Below, piece after piece: positions 1 through 12,389 of a stretch of DNA of 64,000 bases. The stretch comes from Eledone cirrhosa (Eukaryota): the NCBI GenBank assembly GCA_964016885.1, contig OZ024747.1, forward strand, positions 77,314,001 through 77,378,000. Reading direction: 5' to 3'. The position numbers and the translations under genes were made by a program. How positions within the stretch are numbered: position 1 is the first letter of the stretch; every line of letters begins with the position of its first letter. The notes under the pieces were generated by a model. That model worked only from the letters and a program-made list of their open reading frames with translations. It was not told where the DNA came from and ran no database searches.

Positions 1-46
1 AACAGAAACAAAAGAAGAAACAAATAAATTAACTCGTGATGTCGAA

Positions 47-1753
47 ATGAAATCAAACAAAATGGACTCTTCCCCACCAAAGACGACTGACGTCACCACC
101 ACCACAACTGAAACTAAAATTAATATTAACAATAGCAACAACAACAACAATGACATTATAAACCCCCCCCCCCCTCAGTTTCGCCAGAGTAGCAAAACAA
201 TTCGAAGCATTTACGGTAACTCAGGAAGATTTAGAAAATGCCAAACAAATGGTAAAGAAAGATGGGTACAGGGTCAGCCTCACCCCCCCCCCCCACCTAA
301 TAAAATGGAGCATCGGCGCCTATGCACCGTGTCGTATAGAACAATAAATGTAAAATCGCGCCGAGTGGAACGGGCATCCGAGTCCCAAATCCAAAAAGCT
401 TTGGGACATGTGTGGGCAAGAAAAACCCACATCAGACGTGGGCAAAAGTATGGAACCGTGGATGTGTTCTTTGAAACACCAGAGGAGGCTAGAGAACACT
501 CCATGGCCCCATTAAAAAGTGACGACTTCACACTCGTCCCAAGCTATTGTGGCCAGAGACTCGTAAAGATCAGGGTGACCCACGTTCCACCGGCCATCGA
601 AATTCCCTGGCTAATAGCGGCTGTCCTCACCGGCATCGAAGCCAACACGAAAATAATAGCAATAGCAAAAGAAAAGCAGGAAAACTGGTCCGGATCTGGG
701 ATGGAGCTCCTGATCCAAGCGGACCAAAAAAGCATTGAGGAGATCCCAGAGGTAATAGACCTCACTGACGGCAGCCACCTCACGGTAATTGTCGAGGGCA
801 GAAGACCTAGGTGTGTCGTTTGTGGTGAAGGAACCCACCTAAGGGCTTTCTGCCCTCAGGCTAAAAGGTTGAGGCCACCTCTCCTACCCACCCCAGTGAC
901 ACAACCATCAACACCACCAGTAGCAGAGATGGCAGCAACAACTGTAGCAGCAACAACAGAAGCAACTATAACAGCAACAACCCCAGCAACAGTAGCAAAA
1001 CCAACACCACTACCACCACCAGCAAAACCAACACCATCACCACCCAACGCTTCAGAACTAGCACCAGCGCCTACACCATCCACCACACCACAACCAAAAC
1101 TAACGGCTGTGGAGGATTTTCCACTCCCCGGCCTATCACAACTGGAGACAGATTGTGACGACGAGGAGTGGGAAACGATATCCGGAAAAAAAAAAAGAAA
1201 CCAAAAAAGAAAAAAATTCTCTTCCTTCCCCCTCCCAAAACAAAATACAGAGGGAAACAAATAAATTAAGAAACAAAAAAGTTAGGACAGATATGCCACC
1301 ATCCACACCAGCATCACCAACCCCATCAACCCAAACACCAACACCATCACCATCATTAACCCCAGCACCACCATCACCTACACCACAAAAGTCACCAAAA
1401 TGCGAACAGAAACAAACCCACAACAAACGCAAACAAAACAAAACAACCAAAACGATACACACTACGCAGCATTAAATTTGAACAACAAGCAATTATTACA
1501 CTACATCCAACACAACACCAGCATCACAGAAAAAGACTACACAACAACCCCAAAATTCACACCACCTCCACACATACAAATCACTCGCATCACACAGAAA
1601 ACGTACATGACACTAAAACAAAAATTCCCCAAAGACATCGGAGACTTCCGACAAGCACTCTCAAGGAGGATTTATAAGGACATCCTTCCTGAGGAGGCCA
1701 CAAGCAGTGAAAAGGATGGAAAAACCGTCCTTCCCCTACGAGAAGTAAGGTAA
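47..1753 (+). pseudogene. Tx1 copy A ORF1 (gag-like: RRM-like region, CCHC knuckle, Pro/Thr-rich linker), frameshifted
   Basis: CVVCGEGTHLRAFC knuckle in ORF 47..1264; reading continues in 1155..1475 and 1400..1753, whose C-terminal segment matches copy B 7260..7808. Confidence 0.8.
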
Positions 1754-1787
1754 GTGGTCTTTCCCATCTTTTCCACTCCTTTTCAAC

Positions 1788-4700
1788 ATGACCTCACTCA
1801 GAATAGGCAGCATAAATGCGCGTGGCTTGGGGTCGTCATGGAAGCAGGGCCACCTGCTCAACGACCTCAGGTCACTAAACATAGATGTAATGGCCATCAG
1901 CGAGACCATAATCTCCGAAGCACAGGCTTTCGCACCGATCTTCGGCGGCTACGATGTGTACGCATCTCCCAGCCGTCCGGGATCGGGGGGAGGAGTTGCT
2001 GTGCTTTTTCGGAGAGGTTTGGATCTTGCCATACGGGCCATCTTCCTGGACCCAGAAGGTAAGTTGGTGGTGCTGGACGTGACCAGCGGAGACGGGCAAG
2101 CTTTCAGGTTAGTGGCCGTCTATGCCCCGACAGGAGCAGGGCGGCTTGATTTCTTCCGGCGTCTGGAGACCTTTCTTGGAACGTCCCGCTCTTTAGTGTT
2201 AGTGGGCGACTGGAACGGGATCTTAGATGCACGCTGGGATTGTGTGGGATTAGTGGATAGGGAAGGAGGGTGCAAGAGTCTCACCAACCTGCTCAGACGT
2301 TTTGAACTGTCTGACAGGTACCGAATGGATTTCCCGAATGTACCAATGTGGACTTGGACAAATCGCATAGGGTCATCCAGATCATATCTAGATAGAGTAT
2401 TTTGTAGGGAAATAGATAGGTCTAGCATAGGCTGTCCACAATTCAAGATAGTCAGCTACACGGACCACAAATTCGTGATCTGTGTGCTTGACTTAGATAG
2501 GCTTCATAGACGAGGACCCGGCTACTGGAAGCTAAACGCGTCCTTACCAGCGCGCAAGGCCTACAGAGACCGGATTAGCGAACTAGTTAAGCGGGCGTTG
2601 ACGGGGGCCATCGTCAACAACAAGTGGTGGTTTGCTCTGAAAAGAGCAATTAGAATAGAGTCCATTAGGTTTAGTAAGACTTTAGCAATAGAGAAAAATA
2701 GAGCAGAGGGAGAATTAGTTAGAAAATTAGATGAGGCGCTTAGCAAAGGCATCGCGACCGACGTACTTGCGGCGAAATTGGCCCTTGACCAATTCTTCAA
2801 TGCAAAGCACGAAGGCTGCGTTGTCAGAGCTAGGGTGCGTGCTCTCAGACACGAGGGGACGAAAGCCGTTCAATGGGCTCGAGTGGCGGAGGCGCGTCGT
2901 GGCAACAAAGCCACGATCCGGTCTTTGGTGGACCACGACGGGCGCATGCTACTCGATCCCGGGCAAATGTGTGAAGCTTTTCAGCGACACTTCGCTCAAC
3001 TGTTCGGGGGCAGTGGCGGGCCGGATCGAGGGATGGACTTTAGTGTCTACCTCGACGGACTGCCGCGGCTCTCTGCCACTGAGGCGGAGTGTTGCGAAAA
3101 GCCGATAACAACCGCTGAAGTACGGGATGCAATGACTAGTTGCACAAGGGGTAAATCGCCTGGTTTGGATGGTCTGCCCTATGAACTTTACGTACAAATG
3201 CCAAACTTGTTCGGAGGCCTCTTGGCGGACGTCTACTGCAACTGGCAACAGAACGGGAGAATTCCCAGCTCTGTGAGCCGAGGAGCGGTGGCGCTGCTGA
3301 GAAAGGATCCGAACAAGGGGGATAACATAGATAATTTTAGGCCCATAACTCTGCTAAACACAGAGTTCAAGATTTTGGCCAAGGTGCTAGCAAAGAGGTT
3401 GGCGCTTGTCGTTGGTGGTCTGGTGGGAGAGGCACAGACATGCGCCATTCCCGACAGATCCATCCACGACAACCTCCACCTCATGCGATACATCGTAGAG
3501 AGGGTAGCTAGGGAACCTGGCACGGGTGGGTCTTTGATCAATTTAGATCAGTCGAAAGCCTTCGATAGGGTTGACCATCGTTACCTAGCGGCAGTCCTGA
3601 GGGCGGCTGGCTTTGGGCCCGTCTTCAGAGGCTGAATCGCTGCCATGCACAGCGACATCTGCTCTGTAGTGAGAGTGAACGGTCACCTTTCGGAACCGTT
3701 CAACATCATGCGCTCGGTCCGCCAAGGATGTCCCCTCTCGTCCCTATTGTACGTATTGACTCTCGAGCCATTATTGCACAAACTGGAGACGTTGAGGGGG
3801 GTCCCGCGCGAACTAGGATGCGGAAGATCCGTGTCAGCATATGCGGACGATGTCACCGTAGTGGTGTCGAACGCCAAACACATCGAGGCGATCGGCACTA
3901 CACTAAGAGAATACGAAGCGGTGACAGGAGCAATGATCAACCAGGAAAAGTCAGTGGGCCTGCAGCTCGGCACCTGGAGAGGCAGGTCCATGCCGTCCAA
4001 CAGCGTCGTCGGGCGCTGGACGGACGGACCGGTTAAATTGCTAGGGGTCTGGTTCGGTCCAGACCTCCAGACGAACAAAAACTGGGACGAGCTGACGAGC
4101 AGGGTGGCTTCTCTCACCCAGAAATGGGCCGAGAGGAAGCTATCCCTGAAAGGTCGAGCGGAGGTGGCGAATGCGTACATCGCATCCGTCATCTACTACC
4201 GCCTGACCGTCGTACCTTGTCCTAAGCCCCGTCTGACTGCGCTGGAGCGTTTGCTCTTTCGCTTCTTGTGGAAGGGACGCGCTCCGATGGTCAGGCGGTC
4301 CATCTGCTGTCAACACCCGCTACGTGGAGGGCTGGGCATGCCGTGGCTGATGATGCCCAGACACGCGCTCAGGCTACGACATCTCCACCTCTTCCTCGAC
4401 GGTGATCAGGTGTGGTCGCCGTTTGCAAGACACGTTTTTCCCCAGCTCGTCTCCTTGACAGAGCTGCAGTCCTGGGTCAAGCGAAGACCGAGAGGGAGCG
4501 CTTGGAGACTGGAATGTCTTCAGGCGCTCACAGCCCTCGACCAATCGGGCAATGTGATCGGTGGAAACTCCACCTTGGCGTTCTATAGGGGATTAGTGGA
4601 GGGGAAGAGCGACGGCGTACTTGGAGAAACTCTAGGCGTCGACGAAAATCAACTAGCCAATCTCTTCGGAAGGACTTTCGGGCCGGGGCCTATGGACAAC

Positions 4701-5207
4701 TTCCAGAAATCCCTGGCCTGGCAGTGCTACCGAGGAGCTTTGCCAGTTCGGGATAAACTCTACAGGCATGGAGGTGCCGTCAGCCGGGCATGTCCGAGAT
4801 GCGCGCAGGGCGACGAAACCGTCCTGCACGCACTCGTCCAGTGTCCGAGCATTGCTGACTTGTGGGTTTATGTCGAACACCTGCTGTCACGTGTAGGACG
4901 GATCCAGCTATCAGCTGAGTCCATCGTGAGGATTGTCCCGCCCCCTTCCTTTAGCCTGGAAGGGCAGGCAGTTTTTATCTGTCTGGTGGCCATGGCGAAA
5001 GAGATAGTATGGTGGACACGTTTGAAAGGGCTGAAGACGAGCACTTACCTCTTCGGTGATGCCCTGATTAACTTTTTCAAATTTCATTTGAAAAGGAAAA
5101 TCAGGGTAGAGAGGGAAGTGCTCTCTTCCCAGCATTTTGTTGAAAGATGGGTGAGAGAAGCAAGTATGGCCCGAATGAATGGGCCTTCTCTGAGTATGTG
5201 TCTGTAA
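1788..5207 (+). pseudogene. Tx1 copy A ORF2 (APE endonuclease, RT, zf-RVT) with one in-frame stop
   Basis: SINARG, ISET, VYAP, GDWN, YLDR, TDH; FRPITLLN, DQSKAFDRVDH, RQGCPLS, YADD; CPRC..ETVLH..C. TGA at 3633-3635 where copy B has TGG. Confidence 0.95.
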
Positions 5208-5453
5208 ATTAAAGGTGGAAAACTGGGAGAGGGCACTTGCCCTGGTGGTCAGGGCCACTGTGGTCTTTTAATGGGCTTTCTCCACAAATGTCCCTTGGAA
5301 GTCTCCCCCCTATTGGGGAATTTTTCTTTGTTATTTTATTTCAACCTGTTTTTTTTACACGCAGAAATGCCCATTTGTACCGTCCTGTATTGTCCTGTAC
5401 TGTCCTTAATGTCTACTTTATGTGAACCCTTGTGGTTAATAAAGAAAACAAAA

Positions 5454-5454
<1 letters not shown>

Positions 5455-5498
<44 letters not shown>
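5455..5498. repeat. (ATT)n microsatellite at the 3' end of Tx1 copy A
   Basis: Perfect ATT run directly after the poly(A)-signal motif. Confidence 0.95.
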
Positions 5499-5929
5499 GT
5501 ATGTATGTACATATGTATGAAGGTATGAATGGATATATATATGTGATATATATAGTGTACCCCCGATATTCGCGGCCCCGGTTACTCGCGGAATTTTCCT
5601 TAGACCCTAACTAATAATTGTTCGTGGAAACCACTGCATATTCGCGGAATCGTAAATATCTTCCGCGATTTTTTTAATGGCTGTTTTTGTGACAATCTAT
5701 ATATCTATCTCTCTTTCTGTCTAACGTGTGGAATATCGCCGGTAAGTTTTTTGTTAATTTCTATGCAAAAAACCGATCTAATTGTTTGAAAAAAATACAA
5801 CACTTTGTAGATTAACCCCCAAGCTGAATTGTCAGCTGGGTGGTAATCCCATTTTTCGCCCCTGTAGGGGCGAAAATTTTATTTAAAAGTTTGTCTTAAA
5901 ATATCCAATTTTACAAAGTAAAAAAAAAC

Positions 5930-7808
5930 TTGAGCAACACTAGAACGCTGGAGAACGTTAATAGTGAAAAGAGAGAGAAAGAGGCAGATATTAACGTTAT
6001 ATCTGCTTCTGCTGCTATGGACGTTGCCATAGATACTGTCACAAAAGAAAAAAATATATCAACATTTGAAAATGTTACAATTTCTACCGCCGAAGCGGAG
6101 AAAAATGACAATAACACACGGGAAAACACGGCAAAAAAACCCATTGACATACATACACATGAAAAAGACATCAACAACTCTACAGATACATCTACACATA
6201 AAATTTCCAACAACGATAACATCATTATTAACAACAACATCACACAAAAAAAGAAAATGTCTTTTGCTGACACAGTCAACAAGAAACAAGATTTTATAAA
6301 TCTTGATATCTCCAACGCAAGAGATATGCTCCAGCAAGGGAGAAAATTTGTAACTTTCGAAGAAAGAGGTGGGTTTAGAATTAACTCACCCCTTGAAATA
6401 AAGGAAGACACAAACCGCCGATCAGTCACTTTTAGGACTGTGTCAAATTCGTCAAGAAAACCGACATTTGTTAATCAGTCAGATATAGAAGATTCTTTCA
6501 AGGAGATTCTAGGAAATGTCGATTTTCTCCAGCGAGGAAAACAGTACGGAAGTGTTTCCGTACTGTTTAAAAGCGAGACACTGGCCCAAAAAAACTCCGT
6601 GACACCAATAGTGTCAAAAGCATACACCTTTTTCCCTACATACATGGGGAAAAGGACACAAAAAATAAAAATAAAAAACATACCTCCAAGCATTAACATC
6701 TGGTGGATCTTGGCTGGCTTCGTAGAGCCAGAAACAGACATAATACTTTCGATACGAAAATCCATTCGACAAAGGTGGGCGGGCACCGATTTGGAGATTC
6801 TGTTGCAAATGAAACCGGAGAGAATCTCCAAAATACCCGAAAGAGTCGTTATTGATAATAACAACAAAATAAACATTTCGGTAGAAGGAAGAAAATTTCA
6901 CTGCTTTCGCTGTGGTAGCACATCTCACCTAAAAGCCTCTTGTCAACAAACACACAACAGCAACATCATAAAAAAAACGCTATTACCAACACCAACACCA
7001 AAACAACCACCACCACCACCACAAGTACAACGACAGACGAAACGAGCAACCACACCAAAACAAACAGACACTCAACCAACAACAACAGAAAAAACAGAGA
7101 CAACACCCCTGAAGAACACATCCCCACTCCATCCTACTCCATCAAACACTACCACAAACACACATACCGAAACACCACCACCACCACACAACATACCCTT
7201 ACCCCACACACCTGACGATGATTATTCATCGACGGATGAAGCTGCTTCTCCTTCTTTAAGTGAAGAAGAGGGAGAACCGCGGAAATCCAAAAAACAAAAA
7301 AAGAGACACCACAAAACCCCCAAAACTCCAATCACCAACACCAACACACAACCACAGACACAAACAACAACACAAACAACACCACAGTCAAACACCCCCC
7401 CTATCAGCAAAACCAGCACCAACACCACCCCAAACACAAGCACCCACCATAAAAAGAAAACTCCCAGATGAACAACAAACTAAAACAATACAACAAAAAC
7501 ACAAACAACAATACGCATACATCAACACAAACAACAAGAGTTTGATGGAGGTCATCTCCCAAAACCCCAAGGTGGAGACGGAGGGCAAAACTTTCGTCAA
7601 GGCAGAATCGTCTCCACACCTTAAACTTATAAGGGTTTCTATGGAAACCTATAAAGACCTGAAAATTAAATTTTCACAGGACGTGGGCAACCCCTGCCAC
7701 AAACCCATCAACCGCGTCCTGTTGAAAGGTTTCCCCACCCCACCCAACACCCCATCCAGCACCCAAATGGAGATTGAACAACCCGATCTCCAGGAAACGA
7801 AAAGGTAA
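5930..7808 (+). pseudogene. Tx1 copy B ORF1 (CCHC knuckle), one frameshift in the low-complexity linker
   Basis: RGKQYGSVSVLF and VEGRKFHCFRCGSTSHLKASC align with copy A; continues in ORF 7260..7808. Confidence 0.8.
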
Positions 7809-7849
7809 GTGCACCTTTCGTCCTTTTTCTCCAACTTTTCTTCACCAAC

Positions 7850-10800
7850 ATGGCTGGTTTACGAGTTGGAACCGTGAATGTGCGTGGCCTAGGGATGCCC
7901 TGGAAACAGGGCCAACTTTTAAACGACCTTAGGTCACACAGTATGGATGTGATAGCCATCACCGAGTCCAGAATCCACAACAGGCAGCAACTAACCCCCA
8001 TCTTCGACGACTTTGAGATCTACGCATCTCTCTGTCAGCCAGGAGGTGGAGGTGGAGTGGCTGTTATGTTTCGGAAGAACCTGGACGTCGGAGTACAGCA
8101 AGTACACTTGGACCCGGAGGGTAGACTGGTAGTCCTAGACGTGAACAGTATCGGAGGTGGAGCCTTCAGACTGGTGGCCGTTTATGCCCCGACCGGGCAA
8201 TCGCAATCACGGCCAGACTTCTTTAAGCGTCTAGAGTCTTTTCTGGGAACGTCTCGCTCCTTACTTTTAGTGGGGGACTGGAATGGTATCCTAGATGCAC
8301 GATGGGACTATGTGGGAGCATGTCCCAGTAGAGCGGGGTGCAACAGCCTCAAAACTTTAATCGGCCAATTCCAACTGGCCGATAGGTATCGACTGGATTT
8401 CCCGACTGCACCACAGTGGACGTGGGTAAACCGCAGTGGGACATCTAGATCGTATTTAGATAGGTTCTTCATTAGAGAAAGGGACAAGGATATGTTAAGC
8501 TGTCCACGAATGCACATGGTTGCCTATTCAGATCACAAGTTAGTCGTCTGCTTAGTCAACCGTGATAGAATACATAGACAGGGTCCCGGATACTGGAAGC
8601 TGAACGTGTCGTTGCCGGCACGTAAAGCTTATAGTGAGCGGATAAGTAAACTAGTCAAGCAACAGTTAACGGGAGCCATCGTCAACAATAGATGGTGGTA
8701 CTCTCTCAAGAAAGCAATTAGAATAGAATCGATAGGGTATAGCAGAGAGTTAGCCTTAGAGAAAAACAGAATAGAAAGAGAACTAGTAGCCAAGGTAGAG
8801 GAGGTACTTAGAAGTGGCAACGCGGCTAGAGTGTTAGCGTCGAGAACGGCACTGGACCAGTTCTTCGATGCGAAACACGAAGGCTGCGTGGTCAGAAGCA
8901 AAACACGTGCTCTAGGAAACGAAGGAGCGAAAGCTGTCAGCTGGGCCCGAGTGGCGGAGGCAAAAAGTGGCAACAAGTCCACGATTCGGTCTTTGAAAGA
9001 CCAAAACGGACGCGTTCTACTTGACCCCAAGCAAATGTGCGCGGCCTTTCAGCGGCACTTTGCGCGACTGTTTGAGCAGAACGACGGTGAGCCGAACGGG
9101 GCAATGGACTTTAGTTCATACCTCGACGGCCTGCCGCGTCTCTCGAACACGGACGCCGAGTTCTGCGAAAGACCGATCACGGACACTGAGATACGGGACG
9201 CTCTGGGCCGCTGCGGGAAACGCAAGTCACCCGGTCTAGATGGTCTACCCTACGAATTTTACATAGGCATGCCGGACTTGTTCTCTGGCGTCCTCGAAGC
9301 CGTCTACTGCAATTGGCAGCAGAACGGGAGAATTCCCAGTTCTGCAGGCAAGGGCGTAGTAACGCTGATCAGGAAAGACGAGAACAAGGGGGACGAAATT
9401 AACAACTTCAGGCCCATAACTCTGCTCAACACAGAGTTAAAGATTTTGGCCAAGGTGCTAGCGACGAGGTTGGCGCTTGTCGTCGAGAACCTGGTAGGGA
9501 AAGCGCAAACGTGTGCAATCCCGACCAGGTCCATACACGACAACCTCCACCTCATGCGATACATCATAGAGAGGGTGGGTAGTAAACCCGGCTTCGGTGG
9601 GGCTCTGATCAACTTGGATCAGTCTAAGGCATTCGATAGGGTCGACCATCGATACTTGGAAGCGGTTCTCAAGGCGGCCGGTTTCGGTCCCGTGTTCAGA
9701 GGATGGATCGAGGCGATGCACACCAGCATCTGCTCGAGGGTCAAGGTGAACGGCTACCTATCGGAGCCGTTCGCAATCACGCGTTCCATTCGACAGGGAT
9801 GCCCTCTCTCCTCCATTCTGTATGTATTGACTCTAGAGCCACTACTGCGGAAATTGGAGCTGTTGCAGGGCATCCCCCTAGAACCGGGACTGCGCAAAGC
9901 GGCGTCGGCTTATGCCGACGACGTGACAATAATGGTGTCGAGCACCTCGGAAATCGGGGTGATCGGCAACATACTGAAAGAATACGAAACGCTGACGGGA
10001 GCAAAACTAAACCCAGACAAGTCTGTCGGTTTGCAACTCGGTACGTGGAGAGGCAAACCGATGACATCCGACAGCGTCGTTGGACGCTGGACGGACGGAC
10101 CGGTGAAATTGCTCGGGGTCTGGTTCGGTCCAGACCTCCAGGTGGAGAAAAACTGGAACGAGGTCACGGCCAAGGTGTTTACACTCACTCAGAAGTGGGC
10201 AGAGTGCAAACTGTCCTTGAAAGGTCGAGCGGAGGTGGCGAACACTTTCATAGCGTCCGTCATCTACTACCGCTTGACTGTCGTGCCTTGTCCCCGTGAA
10301 GACCTCGCCAAGATGGAACGCATGCTCTTCCAGTTTCTGTGGAAGAAGCAGGCTCCGCTGGTGAGGAGATCCGTCTGCTGTCAGCACCCTTCCAACGGAG
10401 GGCTGGGAATGCCGTGGCTGATGATGCACAAACATGCGCTGAGGCTGCGGCATCTCCAGGTATTCCTCACCGACCCCCAACCGGTGTGGGCACCGTTTGT
10501 GAGACAGGCTTTCCCACAGCTCGTCTCGCTAACGGAGCTGCAGTCCTGGGTGAAGAAAAGACCGAAAACGATGGGCGCCTGGCACATTGAATGCGCTCAG
10601 GCGCTCACAGTCCTCTGGCAAGCGGGCGCAGCAATCAGTGGAGACTCCACTTCGACATTCTATAGAGGGATTGTACGTTACAAGGGCGACGACGTGCTCG
10701 GAGAGACTCTGGGCGTCGAAGACGATGAGCTCACCAGTATGTTTGGTAGGACTTTCCGCCCGGGACCTATGGACAACTTCCAGAGGTCCCTGGCCTGGCA

Positions 10801-11296
10801 GTGCTACCGAGGAGCTCTACCGGTTCGTGACAAGATCTACAGGCACGGACGCCCTGGCAGGGATCCTTCCAAGAGGACTTGTCCAAGATGTGCGCAGGAC
10901 ATTTAAACAGTTCTGCACGCAAATGTACACTGCTCGGGCGTAAGCGACCTGTGGAACTATGCAGAACAACTGCTGTCGCGTATGGGACAAATACAGTTGA
11001 CTGCCGAGTCCATAGTAAGGATCAAACCGCCAGACTCTTTCAAAAACGAAAGAGAGGCGGTTTTCCTCTGTACGGTGGCTATGGTGAAAGAAGTTATATG
11101 GTGGACGAGGTTGAGAGGACTGAGGACAGATGCCTTTCTCTCCGGACAACAATTGATTCCATTCTTTAAGTATCACTTTAGAAGGAGAATCAGGGTGGAG
11201 AGAGAGGCACTGCACCCCAGTAAATTTACTGAAAGGTGGGTGAATGAAGCGAAAATGGCCCGAGTGATTGGGCCTTCTCTGTTTATAAGCCTGTAG
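7850..11296 (+). pseudogene. Tx1 copy B ORF2 (APE, RT, zf-RVT) with one in-frame stop
   Basis: Same motifs as copy A (GDWN, SDH, YADD, CPRC); TAA at 10904-10906 where copy A has GAA (E of ETVLH); frame resumes to 11296. Confidence 0.95.
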
Positions 11297-12128
11297 GTTG
11301 AGGAAGAGAGCAAAAGGAAGAAAGGAGCACTTGCACAACACGCTCCTTGAGTTGAGGGTTGTTCTATCGACGGGGTATTAAACAACCCATTTGTGGCGCC
11401 TCCCCCCTATTGGGGATTTCGATTGTTGAAATTGTTTGTTTTTATATTTTTTTACACGACTGTATGTAAAATCCCCGGCATGTCTTTGTATTGTCCCCTT
11501 TCTTGTTGCGCCCTTGTGGCTAATAAAGAAATCAATCTATATATTTTTTCAACGCTAAATTATTAATGACAATACACCGTATTTGCCGGTCTGTTGGGCG
11601 CCCCTTCGCATAAGACGCTCTCTCTTTTTTTAATATATTTTATGCTATATTTTGACGTTTAGAGGCATTTTTATGGACCACGTCCGATATTCACGGTTTT
11701 TCACTCTTCGCGGGTACTCTAGGAACATAACCCCCGCGAATAGCGGAGGTCAACTGTATTTTTATGTGAAATAATTATGCCATTAAGTAATAAAAATATC
11801 TGTGTATGTGTTGAATAATTGAGATATATTATAAAGATATAAATAAAATATTAGGTCAACACTGTCAATTGGTGACAAGCGCATAGGTTCACCTTTCCCA
11901 GCCCCACCACTGATATTGTCAGAGCTAGAGTGGTCGCCAACACCACTGTCAATATCACCTCCACTATTACTACAACAGCTATAAACATACCGTTATTACC
12001 AACAACAGCAACATTCCACCGCCGATATCTTCCCAACATATCAGGAAAGCACTATTTGATTTGCTAGAAATAGCAGCCAAATTTCTCTCACTTCAGCTAA
12101 ATAAAGTAAGATAATAAAGTCCTATATA

Positions 12129-12319
12129 TACAGGTAAAATTCCGTTATAACGAATACCATTATAATGAATTTTTCAGTTTAACGAAATTTTGTTCACTCC
12201 CCCGAGGTTATAAGAAACAAACGCTCAATTTGTTTCGGTCGATCTCGTTATAAAGAATTTTTCGTTACAACGAATTTGTTTTATACCCCGTGAATTTCGT
12301 TATACGGAGTTTCACTGTA
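12129..12319. mobile_element. Tigger/pogo-like MITE
   Basis: TA-CAGGTAAAATTCCGTTATAACGAA at left; right end reverse complement TA-CAGTGAAACTCCGTATAACGAA; internal GTTATAACGAA subrepeats. Confidence 0.75.
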
Positions 12320-12389
12320 TTATATCGGACAGTATGGTCATGGCTGGAATGCACTAGATCTGTTCAACCTGAGGTTTAATAATACTAAC

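Larger units (their letters stand above)
1..5455 (+). mobile_element. Tx1-clade non-LTR retrotransposon, copy A (5' end probably outside the window)
   Basis: ORF1 with CCHC knuckle; ORF2 with APE endonuclease, RT and C-terminal Zn finger; 3' UTR ends AATAAAGAAAACAAAAC followed by (ATT)n. Confidence 0.93.
5705..11532 (+). mobile_element. Full-length Tx1-clade non-LTR retrotransposon, copy B
   Basis: 12-bp TSD CAATCTATATAT at 5693-5704 and 11533-11544; ORF1 plus ORF2; 3' end CCCTTGTGGCTAATAAAGAAA. Confidence 0.93.
5551..11758. mobile_element. Tigger/pogo-like MITE (about 370 bp when empty) split by Tx1 copy B
   Basis: Left end TA-TAGTGTACCCCCGATATTCGCGG; right end reverse complement TA-CAGTTGACCTCCGCTATTCGCGG; TA flanks. 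Confidence 0.75.

Noticed and set aside
3633-3635. Programmed read-through in Tx1 ORF2
   Set aside because: Copies B and C have TGG here; a point mutation or sequencing error is simpler.
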